Below, in pieces: positions 19,509 through 28,700 of a stretch of DNA of 64,000 bases. The translations under genes and the position numbers were made by a program. Origin of the DNA: Acidimicrobiales bacterium (GTDB lineage Bacteria > Actinomycetota > Acidimicrobiia > Acidimicrobiales > VFJN01); assembly GCA_050744325.1 (NCBI GenBank), contig JBOGHK010000015.1, positions 11,998-75,997 of the forward strand, in the 5' to 3' direction. The notes under the pieces are model-generated. The model had not been told where the DNA came from. It ran no database searches and saw only the letters and a program-made list of their open reading frames with translations. How positions within the stretch are numbered: the stretch's first letter is position 1; every line of letters begins with the position of its first letter.

Positions 19509-20297
19509 TCACGCCCCCAGCCCGAGGTCATAGCGAACGCCAGACCGAGGCTGAGGCGATAGCGAACGGTTTCCGTTCGCTATCGCCTCAGCCGTTGGAC
19601 AGCGTTCGCTATCGCCTCGGGCTGGGAAACCGTCCCGCAGCACCAGATCCGCCCGACGCGGGCGGGACGCTGCTCCCCGCCCGGTGACCTCGACGGTGGC
19701 CAGGCACTGTTGGAGGTGCCCCGTGTCGAGGCCCTCCCACGTGCTGGCGGTGACCTCGAGCCGGACCTGGGCTGCGCCACCCGGGAGGTCCTCGCCCATC
19801 GTCACCACCACCCCACCCCGCTCGCGCAGCCGGGCCGCCAACCGGCGGGTGTCGCCCCGCCGCAGCCGTCGCCCGACGGACGGGCCGACCATCACCACGT
19901 CGAACCCGTCGACCAGCGCCGCCACCACCGAGGCCAGCTGGACGCGTCGCCGGCCGGCGACGTCGACGTCGACCACCACCAGCCGTTCGAGCGCCACGCC
20001 GATCTCTGCCGCGGCGACCAGGCCCAACCACCGGGCCCCCACCACCGCCACCCATGCACCCTCCTGGGACGGACCCGCGGCCAGAGCCAAGGCCAGCGAC
20101 GTCGCCCCCGCAACTCCGGGTCGAGCCCCGACGGCCACCACCGTCCCCCGAGCGAGGCCGTCGGGCAACAACGTGTCGAGCGGCGGTCCGACGGTCAGCC
20201 GCCGATCGCGGGCCAGCGTGACCGGCTGCACCCGTTGGGCGAGATCACCTGGACCTGCACTCCGATCGTCGAGGTTGGGGACAACCGCAGCGGCCAT
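19509..20297 (-). CDS. imuA: ImuA' (RecA/SulA-fold mutasome accessory protein)
   Basis: RecA-like fold motifs GTVVAVGARPGVAGATSLALALAA and WVAVVGARWLGLVAAAE. Start taken as ATG 20297 (M17 of the listed ORF) so that the LexA box lies upstream. The C-terminal 27 codons run through a 19-bp palindrome. Confidence 0.75.
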   Translation of the reverse strand: MAAAVVPNLDDRSAGPGDLAQRVQPVTLARDRRLTVGPPLDTLLPDGLARGTVVAVGARPGVAGATSLALALAAGPSQEGAWVAVVGARWLGLVAAAEIGVALERLVVVDVDVAGRRRVQLASVVAALVDGFDVVMVGPSVGRRLRRGDTRRLAARLRERGGVVVTMGEDLPGGAAQVRLEVTASTWEGLDTGHLQQCLATVEVTGRGAASRPRRADLVLRDGFPARGDSERCPTAEAIANGNRSLSPQPRSGVRYDLGLGA

Positions 20298-20307
20298 CGC
20301 CCTATCA

Positions 20308-20323
20308 TCGAACACCTGTTCGT
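20308..20323 (-). promoter_or_regulatory. Canonical LexA/SOS (Cheo-type) box TCGAACacctGTTCGt, 10 nt upstream of the imuA' start codon
   Basis: Exact match to CGAAC-N4-GTTCG with flanking T and T. Positioned for LexA control of the imuA'-imuB operon. Confidence 0.75.
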
Positions 20324-20416
20324 GAACTGCAAGGAGCGTGCGCACCGCCGCGCGTAGCGTTCACTTTCCCTTTCCAGCGTTCGCCCGTCGCGAGCTCCGC
20401 GACCTCGAGAACCCGG

Positions 20417-20797
20417 CTACGGATAGCAGCGGAACTCGACCAGCAACCCGTCGGGATCGTGCACGTAGATCGACTGGCCGAGGCCCCGGGCGCCTGACCG
20501 CTCGCCCTGGTCGACCACCTCCAGATCGGGATCGGCGGCCAACGCCGCCAGGTCGTCGGCGCTGACCACGAAGCACACGTGGTCGAGGTGACCTCGCGCC
20601 GCGCCGGCATCGTCACCGGGAACGAAGTCGACGATCGTGGCCTCGTCGATGCGCAGCGAGGGAAAGAACGCCTGCCCCGCGCGCCACTCGTCGACGTTCA
20701 CCGGAGCGAGCCCAGCATGCTTCGAGTACCAGGCCAGCGATCGCTCCACGTCGCCGACGACGAGCACGATGTGATCGAGTGCGAGAACGGTCGCCAT
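20417..20797 (-). CDS. VOC-family (glyoxalase/bleomycin-resistance/dioxygenase fold) protein
   Basis: LDHIVLVVGDVERSLAWY and HLDHVCFVV beta-alpha-beta-beta-beta modules. Confidence 0.7.
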   Translation of the reverse strand: MATVLALDHIVLVVGDVERSLAWYSKHAGLAPVNVDEWRAGQAFFPSLRIDEATIVDFVPGDDAGAARGHLDHVCFVVSADDLAALAADPDLEVVDQGERSGARGLGQSIYVHDPDGLLVEFRCYP

Positions 20798-20820
20798 GGC
20801 CTCACGCTAACCATGCAGTC

Positions 20821-22065
20821 TCAGGGGAACAGGCCGCGGGCCTCCAGGGCGGCGGCGACCCGCTCGATCGCGACGACGAACGCGGCCGCACGCATGTTCA
20901 CGCCCAGGGTCTGCGACCGGGCCCACACCGAGGTGAAGGCGGCGTCGATCCGCTGTCGCAACCGCTCGGCGACCAGGTCGTCCTCCCAGGGGAACCCCTG
21001 CCGGGCCTGTGCCCACTCGAAGTAGCTGGCGGTCACGCCACCGGCGTTCGCCAGGATGTCGGGCACCACCACGACCCCGCGCCGGTCGAGCACTGGTTGG
21101 GCGTCGACGGTGGTCGGGCCGTTGGCGGCCTCGACGATGACCTTGGTGCGCAGGCGCTCGGCGACCGAGGCGTCGATCACCCCGCCCAACGCCGCGGGCA
21201 CGACCAGCTCGCACTCGATGTCCCAGATCGAGTTGAGGTCGACGACCTCGCCGCCCGGGAATCCCGCGACCGAACCGGTCTCGGCCACGTGGTCGGCCAG
21301 GGCGCCGACGTCGAGACCACCCTCGTTGGCCACCGCACCACCCACGTCGCCGATCGCCACCACCCGCATGCCGGCCGACGACAGCAGGAACGCCAGCGGA
21401 CCGCCGACCTTGCCGAAGCCCTGCAGCACCACCCGGCCACCTGCCAACGGCAACCCCAGCTCACGGAACGCGGCCCGGGCGGCAACCAGGCATCCCGACG
21501 ACGTCGCGCCCGAGTGGCCGCGGGTGCCTCCGATCGACAGCGGCTTACCAGTGACCGAGGCCGGCAGCGGGCGGCTCTCGACCATCGACAGCGTGTCCAT
21601 CAGCCAGGCCATCACCCGGCCGTCGGTGTTGACGTCGGGCGCCGGGATGTCGGTGTCCGGCCCCAGCAGCGGGCTGATCTCGTAGGTGAAGCGCCGGGTC
21701 ACCCGCTCGAGCTCGGTCAGCGACAGCTTGGTCGGGTCACAGCGGACGCCGCCCTTGGCGCCACCGAAGGGGAGGTCGACCAGGGCGGTCTTGAAGGTCA
21801 TCATCGCCGCCAGCGCCTTGACCTCGTCGAGGTCGAGCGCCGGGTGGAACCGGATGCCGCCCTTGCCGGGGCCGCGGGTGGTGTCGTGGTGCACCCGCCA
21901 CCCGGTGAACACCTCGACCGATCCGTCGTCGAGACGGACCGGAACGGCAACTTCGAGCACCCGCCGCGGCATGCGCAGGAGCCGGTGGACGTCGGGATCG
22001 AGCTTCGCTAGCGCCGCCGCCTCGTCGAGGCGCTCCAGTATCGCACTCCACGAACTCGAGCCCAT
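20821..22065 (-). CDS. gdh: Glu/Leu/Phe/Val-family NAD(P)-dependent glutamate dehydrogenase
   Basis: GGIRFHP, catalytic-Lys region FGGAKGGVRCDP, and Rossmann motif GFGKVGGP. Start at ATG 22065, preceded by a gaggga RBS. Confidence 0.9.
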   Translation of the reverse strand: MGSSSWSAILERLDEAAALAKLDPDVHRLLRMPRRVLEVAVPVRLDDGSVEVFTGWRVHHDTTRGPGKGGIRFHPALDLDEVKALAAMMTFKTALVDLPFGGAKGGVRCDPTKLSLTELERVTRRFTYEISPLLGPDTDIPAPDVNTDGRVMAWLMDTLSMVESRPLPASVTGKPLSIGGTRGHSGATSSGCLVAARAAFRELGLPLAGGRVVLQGFGKVGGPLAFLLSSAGMRVVAIGDVGGAVANEGGLDVGALADHVAETGSVAGFPGGEVVDLNSIWDIECELVVPAALGGVIDASVAERLRTKVIVEAANGPTTVDAQPVLDRRGVVVVPDILANAGGVTASYFEWAQARQGFPWEDDLVAERLRQRIDAAFTSVWARSQTLGVNMRAAAFVVAIERVAAALEARGLFP

Positions 22066-22227
22066 GTTGGTCCCTCGCTGGTCACGTGCCGTTCGAACGA
22101 CGGGCGCGCGCCAGGTCACGTACAGTGGCTAATCGACCGTCGGCGTCGACATCCATCGTTAGAAAACTACCCCTCGCGCGCAGTGTCCGGGCTTCATGTC
22201 ACAGCCCAATTCGGGCGTGAGCGTGAC

Positions 22228-22569
22228 TCACGAGGCGTCGCTTGTGGGCGACTCGCCGGCGTCGTCGCTCGGAGCGGTGTCGGCCGACGGGTAGTAGATG
22301 TAGAGACCGCGGATCACGTCGACCAACCCGTCGCCGCTCCAGCCCTCGGTGAGCTGCACCGTGATCACGCTGTTGTTGACGTGCACCGCCTGCACGCCTC
22401 CGGTGGCGAACAACCGGCGGGCCAGCTCGTCGACCGGCCGATCGGCCAGGATGTCGTCGGTCGATCCGTAGCGTTCGTGACCCATGCCGGTGAACGACCG
22501 GTTGGTCTCGTACCGGGCGACGCCCGGCGTTCGCGTCGGCTTCTGGACGACGTTGATCGGCTGACCCAT
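22228..22569 (-). CDS. Nfu/NifU N-terminal-domain (Nfu_N) scaffold-like protein
   Basis: VHVNNSVITVQL and RGLYIYYP resemble PF08712 (scaffold protein Nfu/NifU N-terminal). Confidence 0.55.
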   Translation of the reverse strand: MGQPINVVQKPTRTPGVARYETNRSFTGMGHERYGSTDDILADRPVDELARRLFATGGVQAVHVNNSVITVQLTEGWSGDGLVDVIRGLYIYYPSADTAPSDDAGESPTSDAS

Positions 22570-22643
22570 GGCGGCGGCATGATAACCGTGCCAACCGTGT
22601 AGCCAGGAACCGAGACCGAGATACAGCAGCGTAAGGAGGCCGG

Positions 22644-23909
22644 ATGGGCAGCACGCAGGTCAGCAACGAGCCGGAAGGGGTCGTGGCGACCGAGACCGTC
22701 GAGGTGAGCGGGCACATCGTCGACTCGCTGATCCTTGCCAAGGTGCTCGACGCGATCCTCGACGCCGGTTGCGACTACGAGATCAGCGACTTCGACCTCG
22801 GCAAGACCAGCCTCGATCCCAGCCGGGCCCGGCTCGAGGTCACCGGACCACCTGAGGTCGTCGCCCAGCTCCTCGACGACCTGCAGGTCCACGGCGCCAA
22901 CCGGGTGCAGGACAACGACGCCCGCCTGGTGGCGACCGACCGCGACGGCGTGCTCCCGGCAGGCTTCTACTCGACCACCAACCTGGCCACCGACATCCGG
23001 GTCGACGGCGACTGGCTGGCGGTCGAGAACCCCGAGATGGACTGCGCGCTGGTGCTGCGCGACGGGCATGCCCGCACTGCGCCGATGCACCGGATCGTCG
23101 CGGGCGACCTGGTGGCCGTGGGAAGCGACGGCATCCGGGTCCATGCGCCGTCGCGTCCACGCGACACGCAGGTCTTCGAGTTCATGGCCTCCGAGGTGTC
23201 CTCCGAGAAGCCCAAGGCACTGCTGGTCGAGCAGGTGGCCGGCCGCGTGCGTGCCGCGAAGCAGCGGGGCGACAAGGTGCTGGCCGTGTGCGGCCCGGCC
23301 GTGGTCCACACCGGTGCCGCGCCCGACCTGGCCCGGCTGGTCCTCGACGGCTGGATCGACGTGCTGTTCGCCGGCAACGGCTTCGCGACCCACGACATCG
23401 AGGCCAACATGCTCGGCACGTCGCTGGGGGTGTCGGTCGCCGAGGGCACGCTCACCGAAGGGGGCCACGCCAACCACATCCGGGTGATCAACGAGGTGCG
23501 ACGGGCCGGGTCGATCGAGGCGGCCGTGAAGACCGGGATGGTCACCAGTGGGGTGATGCACGCCTGCATCACCACGGGCACCCCGTTCGTCCTGGGCGGA
23601 TCGATCCGCGACGACGGGCCGCTGCCAGACGTCATCTCCGACACCGTCGCCGCGGCCGACGCGATGCGCGAGCTGATCCCCGGTGTCGGCGTGGCGTTGA
23701 TGCTCTCGTCGACCCTGCACGCCATCGCGACCGGGAACTGCCTGCCCGCAGGGGTCGAGACGTTCTGCGTCGACATCATCCAGGCCGTGGTCACCAAGCT
23801 CGCCGACCGCGGTAGTCACCAGGCGCTGGGCATCGTCACCGACGTCGGCCTGTTCGTCCGCCAGCTGACCGACTCCCTGGTCGGCACCCGGGGGAACGCA
23901 GGACCATGA
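22644..23909 (+). CDS. TIGR00300 / LOR-SDH-like protein (archaeal-type ornithine cyclodeaminase-like)
   Basis: About 420-aa protein matching the LOR/SDH conserved domain (HIVDSLILAKVLDAILD...). Glycine-rich region GNGFATHDIEANMLGTS. Stop overlaps the start of the next gene. Confidence 0.6.
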   Translation: MGSTQVSNEPEGVVATETVEVSGHIVDSLILAKVLDAILDAGCDYEISDFDLGKTSLDPSRARLEVTGPPEVVAQLLDDLQVHGANRVQDNDARLVATDRDGVLPAGFYSTTNLATDIRVDGDWLAVENPEMDCALVLRDGHARTAPMHRIVAGDLVAVGSDGIRVHAPSRPRDTQVFEFMASEVSSEKPKALLVEQVAGRVRAAKQRGDKVLAVCGPAVVHTGAAPDLARLVLDGWIDVLFAGNGFATHDIEANMLGTSLGVSVAEGTLTEGGHANHIRVINEVRRAGSIEAAVKTGMVTSGVMHACITTGTPFVLGGSIRDDGPLPDVISDTVAAADAMRELIPGVGVALMLSSTLHAIATGNCLPAGVETFCVDIIQAVVTKLADRGSHQALGIVTDVGLFVRQLTDSLVGTRGNAGP

Positions 23910-24763
23910 CCGAGCTCGGTTGGGGGCGGCGCTATCTGATGTGCCCGCCCCAGCACTTCGGCGTGCTCTACGAGATCAACCCGTGGATGCATCGAGAGGT
24001 CACGGTGCGGCCCGACGTCGCGCTCACCGAGTGGCAGCGGCTGGTCGACACACTCCGGGACGCCGGGGCCACCGTCGAGATCATGGAACCGCGACCCGAG
24101 GTGCCCGACCTGGTGTTCACCGCCAACGCCGGCATCGTCAACGGCAAGCAGTTCGTGCCGAGCCACTTCCGGCACACCGAGCGGCAACCCGAGACCCAGA
24201 TCAATCGCGAGTGGTTCGGCACGCACGGCTGGCAGGTCGACGAGCTGCGTGCCGACCTCCGGCACGAGGGAGCCGGCGACGCCTTGCCGTTCACCGAGCC
24301 GAACGGGCGCAGCGTGCTGCTGTCGGGCTACTCGTTCCGGTCCGACGCCACCGCGGCGACCGAGCTGTCGGCCCTGGTCGGCAGCCCGGTCCGCCCGATC
24401 GAGTTGGTCGATCCCCGGCTCTACCACCTCGACCTCACGTTCTGCCCGCTCGACGACCGCCGCGCGATCGTCGCGCCCTGCGGCTGGGACGCGTACGGAC
24501 GCAAGGTGGTGGAGTCACTGGTGCCCGAGCCGCTGGTGCTCGACGACGACGAGGCGCTGTCGTTCTGCGCGAACTCGGTGGTGGTGGGCTCGACGGTGGT
24601 GATGCCGCGGGTGCCGCCGCGGGTCGGGCGCCAGCTCGAGGCCTGGGGCTTCACGATCGCCGAGTCGCCGGTCGACGAGTTCCTCAAGGCCGGTGGCGGC
24701 TGCCGCTGCCTGACACTGGCCCTCGACGTCGTCCTCGTCCGGTCACCTGCCCACCCGCTGTAG
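23906..24763 (+). CDS. Guanidino-group-modifying-enzyme superfamily protein (amidinotransferase/DDAH/ADI fold), arginine dihydrolase-like
   Basis: Pentein-fold features include the C-terminal catalytic Cys motif KAGGGCRCLTLAL. ATG 23906 overlaps the upstream stop. Confidence 0.65.
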   Translation: MTELGWGRRYLMCPPQHFGVLYEINPWMHREVTVRPDVALTEWQRLVDTLRDAGATVEIMEPRPEVPDLVFTANAGIVNGKQFVPSHFRHTERQPETQINREWFGTHGWQVDELRADLRHEGAGDALPFTEPNGRSVLLSGYSFRSDATAATELSALVGSPVRPIELVDPRLYHLDLTFCPLDDRRAIVAPCGWDAYGRKVVESLVPEPLVLDDDEALSFCANSVVVGSTVVMPRVPPRVGRQLEAWGFTIAESPVDEFLKAGGGCRCLTLALDVVLVRSPAHPL

Positions 24764-24837
24764 CGCGTCGTGCCGGCCCTCACGCGGCGAACGATCGGAG
24801 GGCATCGTCGAGGTGAGCGAGTGGGGTGAGCGAGTGG

Positions 24838-25620
24838 TCAACTCACCTCGAAGGTGTAGGGGTCTTCCTCGTCTTCGGCCACGCTGCCGTCCTCGTTGAG
24901 GATCTCGGCGCCTTCGACCTGGGCGGTCACCGTGTAGTCGCCACCGCCACAGCCGTCGACGGTGTAGCCCACGATCTCGACCTGGTACTCGCCGAGCGGC
25001 ATGTCGCCCTCGGCCCAGAACACGTTCTCGACCGAGCCGTCGTTCTCGCAGCCGATGTTCGAGTCGACGTCGAGCTGTCCCCCGGTCGCCGTCGGGCCGG
25101 TGTCGCCGAACCAGATCTCCGTGCCGTCCGGCTCGGTGACGTGGAGGTCGAGGTCGGCGTCGGACTCCCAGCGCAAGGTGATCTGCACGTCGCCGGTGCC
25201 GAGCTCGGGCTCCGGCTGCGGCTGCGGCTCGTCGCAGTCCTCGTCGGGCTCGTCGCTGTCCTCGGACGGATCGTCCACATCGTCGGACGGGTCGTCGGAG
25301 CCGTCGTCCACATCGTCGGACCGGTCGTCGGAGCCGTCGTCCACATCGTCGGACGGGTCCTCCGTGTCGTCGGACGGCTCGTCGGTGACAGCGGGTGGAT
25401 CGTCCATCCGCTTGAAGGCCCAGATCGGCGGGTCGCTGCACGCGTCGCTGTCCTCGCCCGTCGACGGCTCCGTGAGCTCGTCGTCGTCGGTCGTCGTCGT
25501 GGACGGGTCGTCGGGGGTCGTCGTCGTCGCACTGCTCAGCACGCTGCCGTTACCGTCCGAGCACGCCCCCGCGACCAACACCCCCACCGTGACCACAACC
25601 GCAATAGCGCGCGTCCGCAT
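24838..25620 (-). CDS. Lipoprotein with acidic tandem-repeat linker and conserved C-terminal beta-rich domain of unknown function
   Basis: Lipobox LVAGAC. Three repeats of DDVDDGSDD(R/P)S. C-terminal domain QITLRWESDADLDLHVTEPDGTEIWFGD...CGGGDYTVTAQVEG. Start at M22 (MRTRAIAVVV). Confidence 0.65.
   Translation of the reverse strand: MRTRAIAVVVTVGVLVAGACSDGNGSVLSSATTTTPDDPSTTTTDDDELTEPSTGEDSDACSDPPIWAFKRMDDPPAVTDEPSDDTEDPSDDVDDGSDDRSDDVDDGSDDPSDDVDDPSEDSDEPDEDCDEPQPQPEPELGTGDVQITLRWESDADLDLHVTEPDGTEIWFGDTGPTATGGQLDVDSNIGCENDGSVENVFWAEGDMPLGEYQVEIVGYTVDGCGGGDYTVTAQVEGAEILNEDGSVAEDEEDPYTFEVS
25273..25385 (-). repeat. 33-nt in-frame tandem repeat (about 3.4 copies) inside the lipoprotein gene
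   Basis: gtccacatcgtcggac(g/c)ggtcgtcggagccgtc is repeated head to tail. Confidence 0.75.
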
Positions 25621-25760
25621 ACCGGCCATCGTGGGACTGCGGATGCAACGGAGCATCGGGGCAATCCCCCAATCACCCCACACCGCCCCGCTGGTGGTGG
25701 AGATCGGCGGGACTCAGTGGTCGCCGGCGAGTGCGACGACCGCCCGGCTGTGGAGGAGGG

Positions 25761-28700
25761 TCATCGCTGGTCACCGCCAGAGCGAGCGTCGTCGTCCGTC
25801 GACAGAGCGTCGCGCAGGTCGCCCAGGCGGTCGCCGATCAGACCGAGCTGGCCTGCCACCCTGGTCATCGGATCGTCGTCGCGCCCGAGGGCCTGCACCC
25901 GTGTGAACGAGCGCTTGACCTGCTCCCATCGCTCGGCATCCTGGCCGGACTGCCGACCCCGCAGCTCGGCCAGCTTGAGCAGGTTGTGCTCGGCGCCGGT
26001 GGTCAGCGTCTGGGCCTCGGACCGGTAGTGGTCGTCGACCAGCGCCTCGACCTCGGCCGTGGTCATCCCGGGCACGACCCGTTCGACCAGCTTGTTCATG
26101 TTGCGGTAGCTGCCCTGCAGCAGGAACGGCGGCTCGGAGCGGTAGGCGTCGTCCTGGCTTGCCGAGGCGATGTAGGCGTCGTTGACGGTCGTCACCACCT
26201 GCTGGATCGACCGGAGCGTGCCCAGCACGGACAGGACGTCGCCCAGCTCGACCGACGAGTAGTGGTGGCCGAGCCGATCGGCGGGGATGTCGTCGCCGCC
26301 CACCATCCGCAACAGCAACGGCACGTCGTCGAGGTCCCGCCCGGCCAGCGGCGCCAGCACCGGGTTGGCGGTGAGGGCGTTCTCGACGTAGCTCAGGGCG
26401 AACAGGTCCTCGCGACCGGTGAGCACGTCACCGAGGTTGTAGACATCGGCCCGGTTGGCGAGCATGTCAGGCACCCGGAACCGCTTGCCGGACTCGGTGT
26501 AGGGGTTGCCGGCCATGCACACGGCGAACCGCTTGCCCCGCAGGTCGTAGGTGCGGGTGCGACCTCGCCACACGGCCTCCATGCGGCGTTGGGCATCGCA
26601 CAGCGAGATGAACTTCTGCAGCAGCTCCGGGCTGGTGTGCTGGATGTCGTCCAGGTACAACAGCACGTTGTTGCCCATCTCCAGCGCGAAGCTGACCTTC
26701 TCGACCTCCTGGCGGGCGGTGGCGTTCGGGGCTTCGGCCGGGTCGACCGAGGTCACCCCGTTGCCCAGCGCTGGGCCGTTCACCTTCACGAACACCAGGC
26801 CAAGCCGACTGGCGAGGTACTCCATGAGCGTGGTCTTGCCGTAGCCGGGCGGCGAGATCAGCAGCAGCAGCCCCATCTGGTCGCTGCGTCGGCCGGCGCC
26901 GACCGTGCCGAGCTGGCGGGCCAGGTTGGCCCCGACCAGCGGAAGGTAGACCTGGTCGACGAGGTGGTTCCGCACGAACGCGCTCATCACCTTGGGACGG
27001 AGCTCGCCGATCCGCAGGCGCCGGCGCGCGTCGTCCAGCACCCGCTCGCGGGCCTGCACCCAGCGCCGGAAGCCAGGGACCCGGCCGTGACGGAACCGGC
27101 TGGTCCGGTCGAGGATCTCGTCCAGCCGCAGCGCCAGGTTGCCTCCCTCGATGCGGGGATGCTGGGCGACCAGCCCGGAGACCGTGACCGTCCGCAGCGC
27201 CGACGATGTGGTCCGTGGAAGCGTCGAGCCCTCGGTGAGGATCAGGACCGTCGCCTCGTCGACGTCGGGCGCCAGAGCGGTGACCTCGGGGTCGTCGCTG
27301 GCGTCGACCAGGCCGCGCAGCCACGCCTCGACCAGCTGCCAGCGGGCATCGAGCGAGCCGAGCGCCGCCAGGTCGGCGGTGAACGCCCGGCGCTGGCGGG
27401 TGGCGCGGAGATGGGACCACAGCGCATCACGCAACCGGACCGCCTGGCCGCTCGTGGCGAAGCTCAGCGTCGGCTGCCCCAGCTCCTCGAAGAGGTAGGC
27501 CGCGGCGGCCCGGGCGTCGTCCGGGTGGACCTCGATCCCGCCAGCGACGACCGACCCAGGCCGCTCGAAACTTGGTGAAGACCGACCGGAATCCGGCGGT
27601 CCTTCACCAGATTTCGCAGCAGGATCGGTCAGGAACCGGGTCAGGCCCGTGGCCATCTCGGCCTGGAACTGTTCGATCGCCGCGGTCGAGCCGAAGGATG
27701 CCCGGAGCCGGGCCAGGCTGCGCGCCCGGTGCTGCCACTCGACGCGCAGCGGCTCGTCGGCGCACAACCCCCAGAACACGCAGGCCAGGGCCCGGGGCCG
27801 AGGTGGCCAGCGCAGCAGTTCGGCGCCCTGGTAGGCGAGCACCAGCTGATGCAGGATCAGCGCAGCGTCGTGGTCGTGGACCCCGCGCTCGTAGCCCTCG
27901 TCGTAGCGGTCGGCGGCATAGCGCTGGACCAGCTCGAGCTGGCCCCCGGCACCAGCAGCGGCCGCTGGCGCAGCGGCCGCTGCCAAGGCGTCGATCGTCA
28001 GACCGGCCTCACCTCGCTCGGCATCCGTCAGCATCGCGGTCGCCAGGAACTCGGCCCGGTACACCTCCCCGGTCTCCGACACCAGCGCCTGGCCCCAGTA
28101 CGGCTCGGTGCCCGCGAGCGCCTCGCGCGACGCTGGGTCGTCGTCGAGCCGCTGGCGGAAGTCGGTGCCGGTGACCGCCAGGTCGAGTCGCCCCTCCCGG
28201 GGCACCAGGGTCAGGTCCACGGGCTGGGTGTTGACCGTGAAGCGGTGGTCGCCCAGGCGGATGACCTCGGCGCCGTCCTCGAACAGGTCGTGGCGGTCGC
28301 GCAGGGTCCGCCCCGCCTCTTGGCGGGCGGCGACCAGCCGACCCTCCAGCTCGTCGGCCCGGACGCCGTCGGCCACGGTGCGCAGCCGGTCGACGATGTC
28401 GCGCAGCCGGTCGACCATCGGGTCGGCGACGAAGTACGCATTGACCTCGTCGAGGCTGCCGAGCTGCGCGACCCGCCGCGCGATGGTCTCCAGCACCCGC
28501 TCGCCGTTGGCCATCAGCCGGTCGGCCTGACGCTGGCGCTCGTCCAGCAGGGTCTGCTTGCGGGAGCTGAACGCCTCGTAGACGTCGTCGCGCCGGGTGG
28601 CCAAGGCGTCGAGGTGCGCTTCGACGTTCCCGAACCGTGACTCGAGCCCTTCGAGGCGCGCCAGCAGCTGCGACAGCTGGGAGTCGCAGTCGTCCGGGGA

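Noticed and set aside
19551-19591. Palindrome considered as a rho-independent terminator
   Set aside because: No U/T tract follows the stem on either strand, and it lies inside the imuA' coding region. So it is reported as a structured repeat or regulatory element instead.
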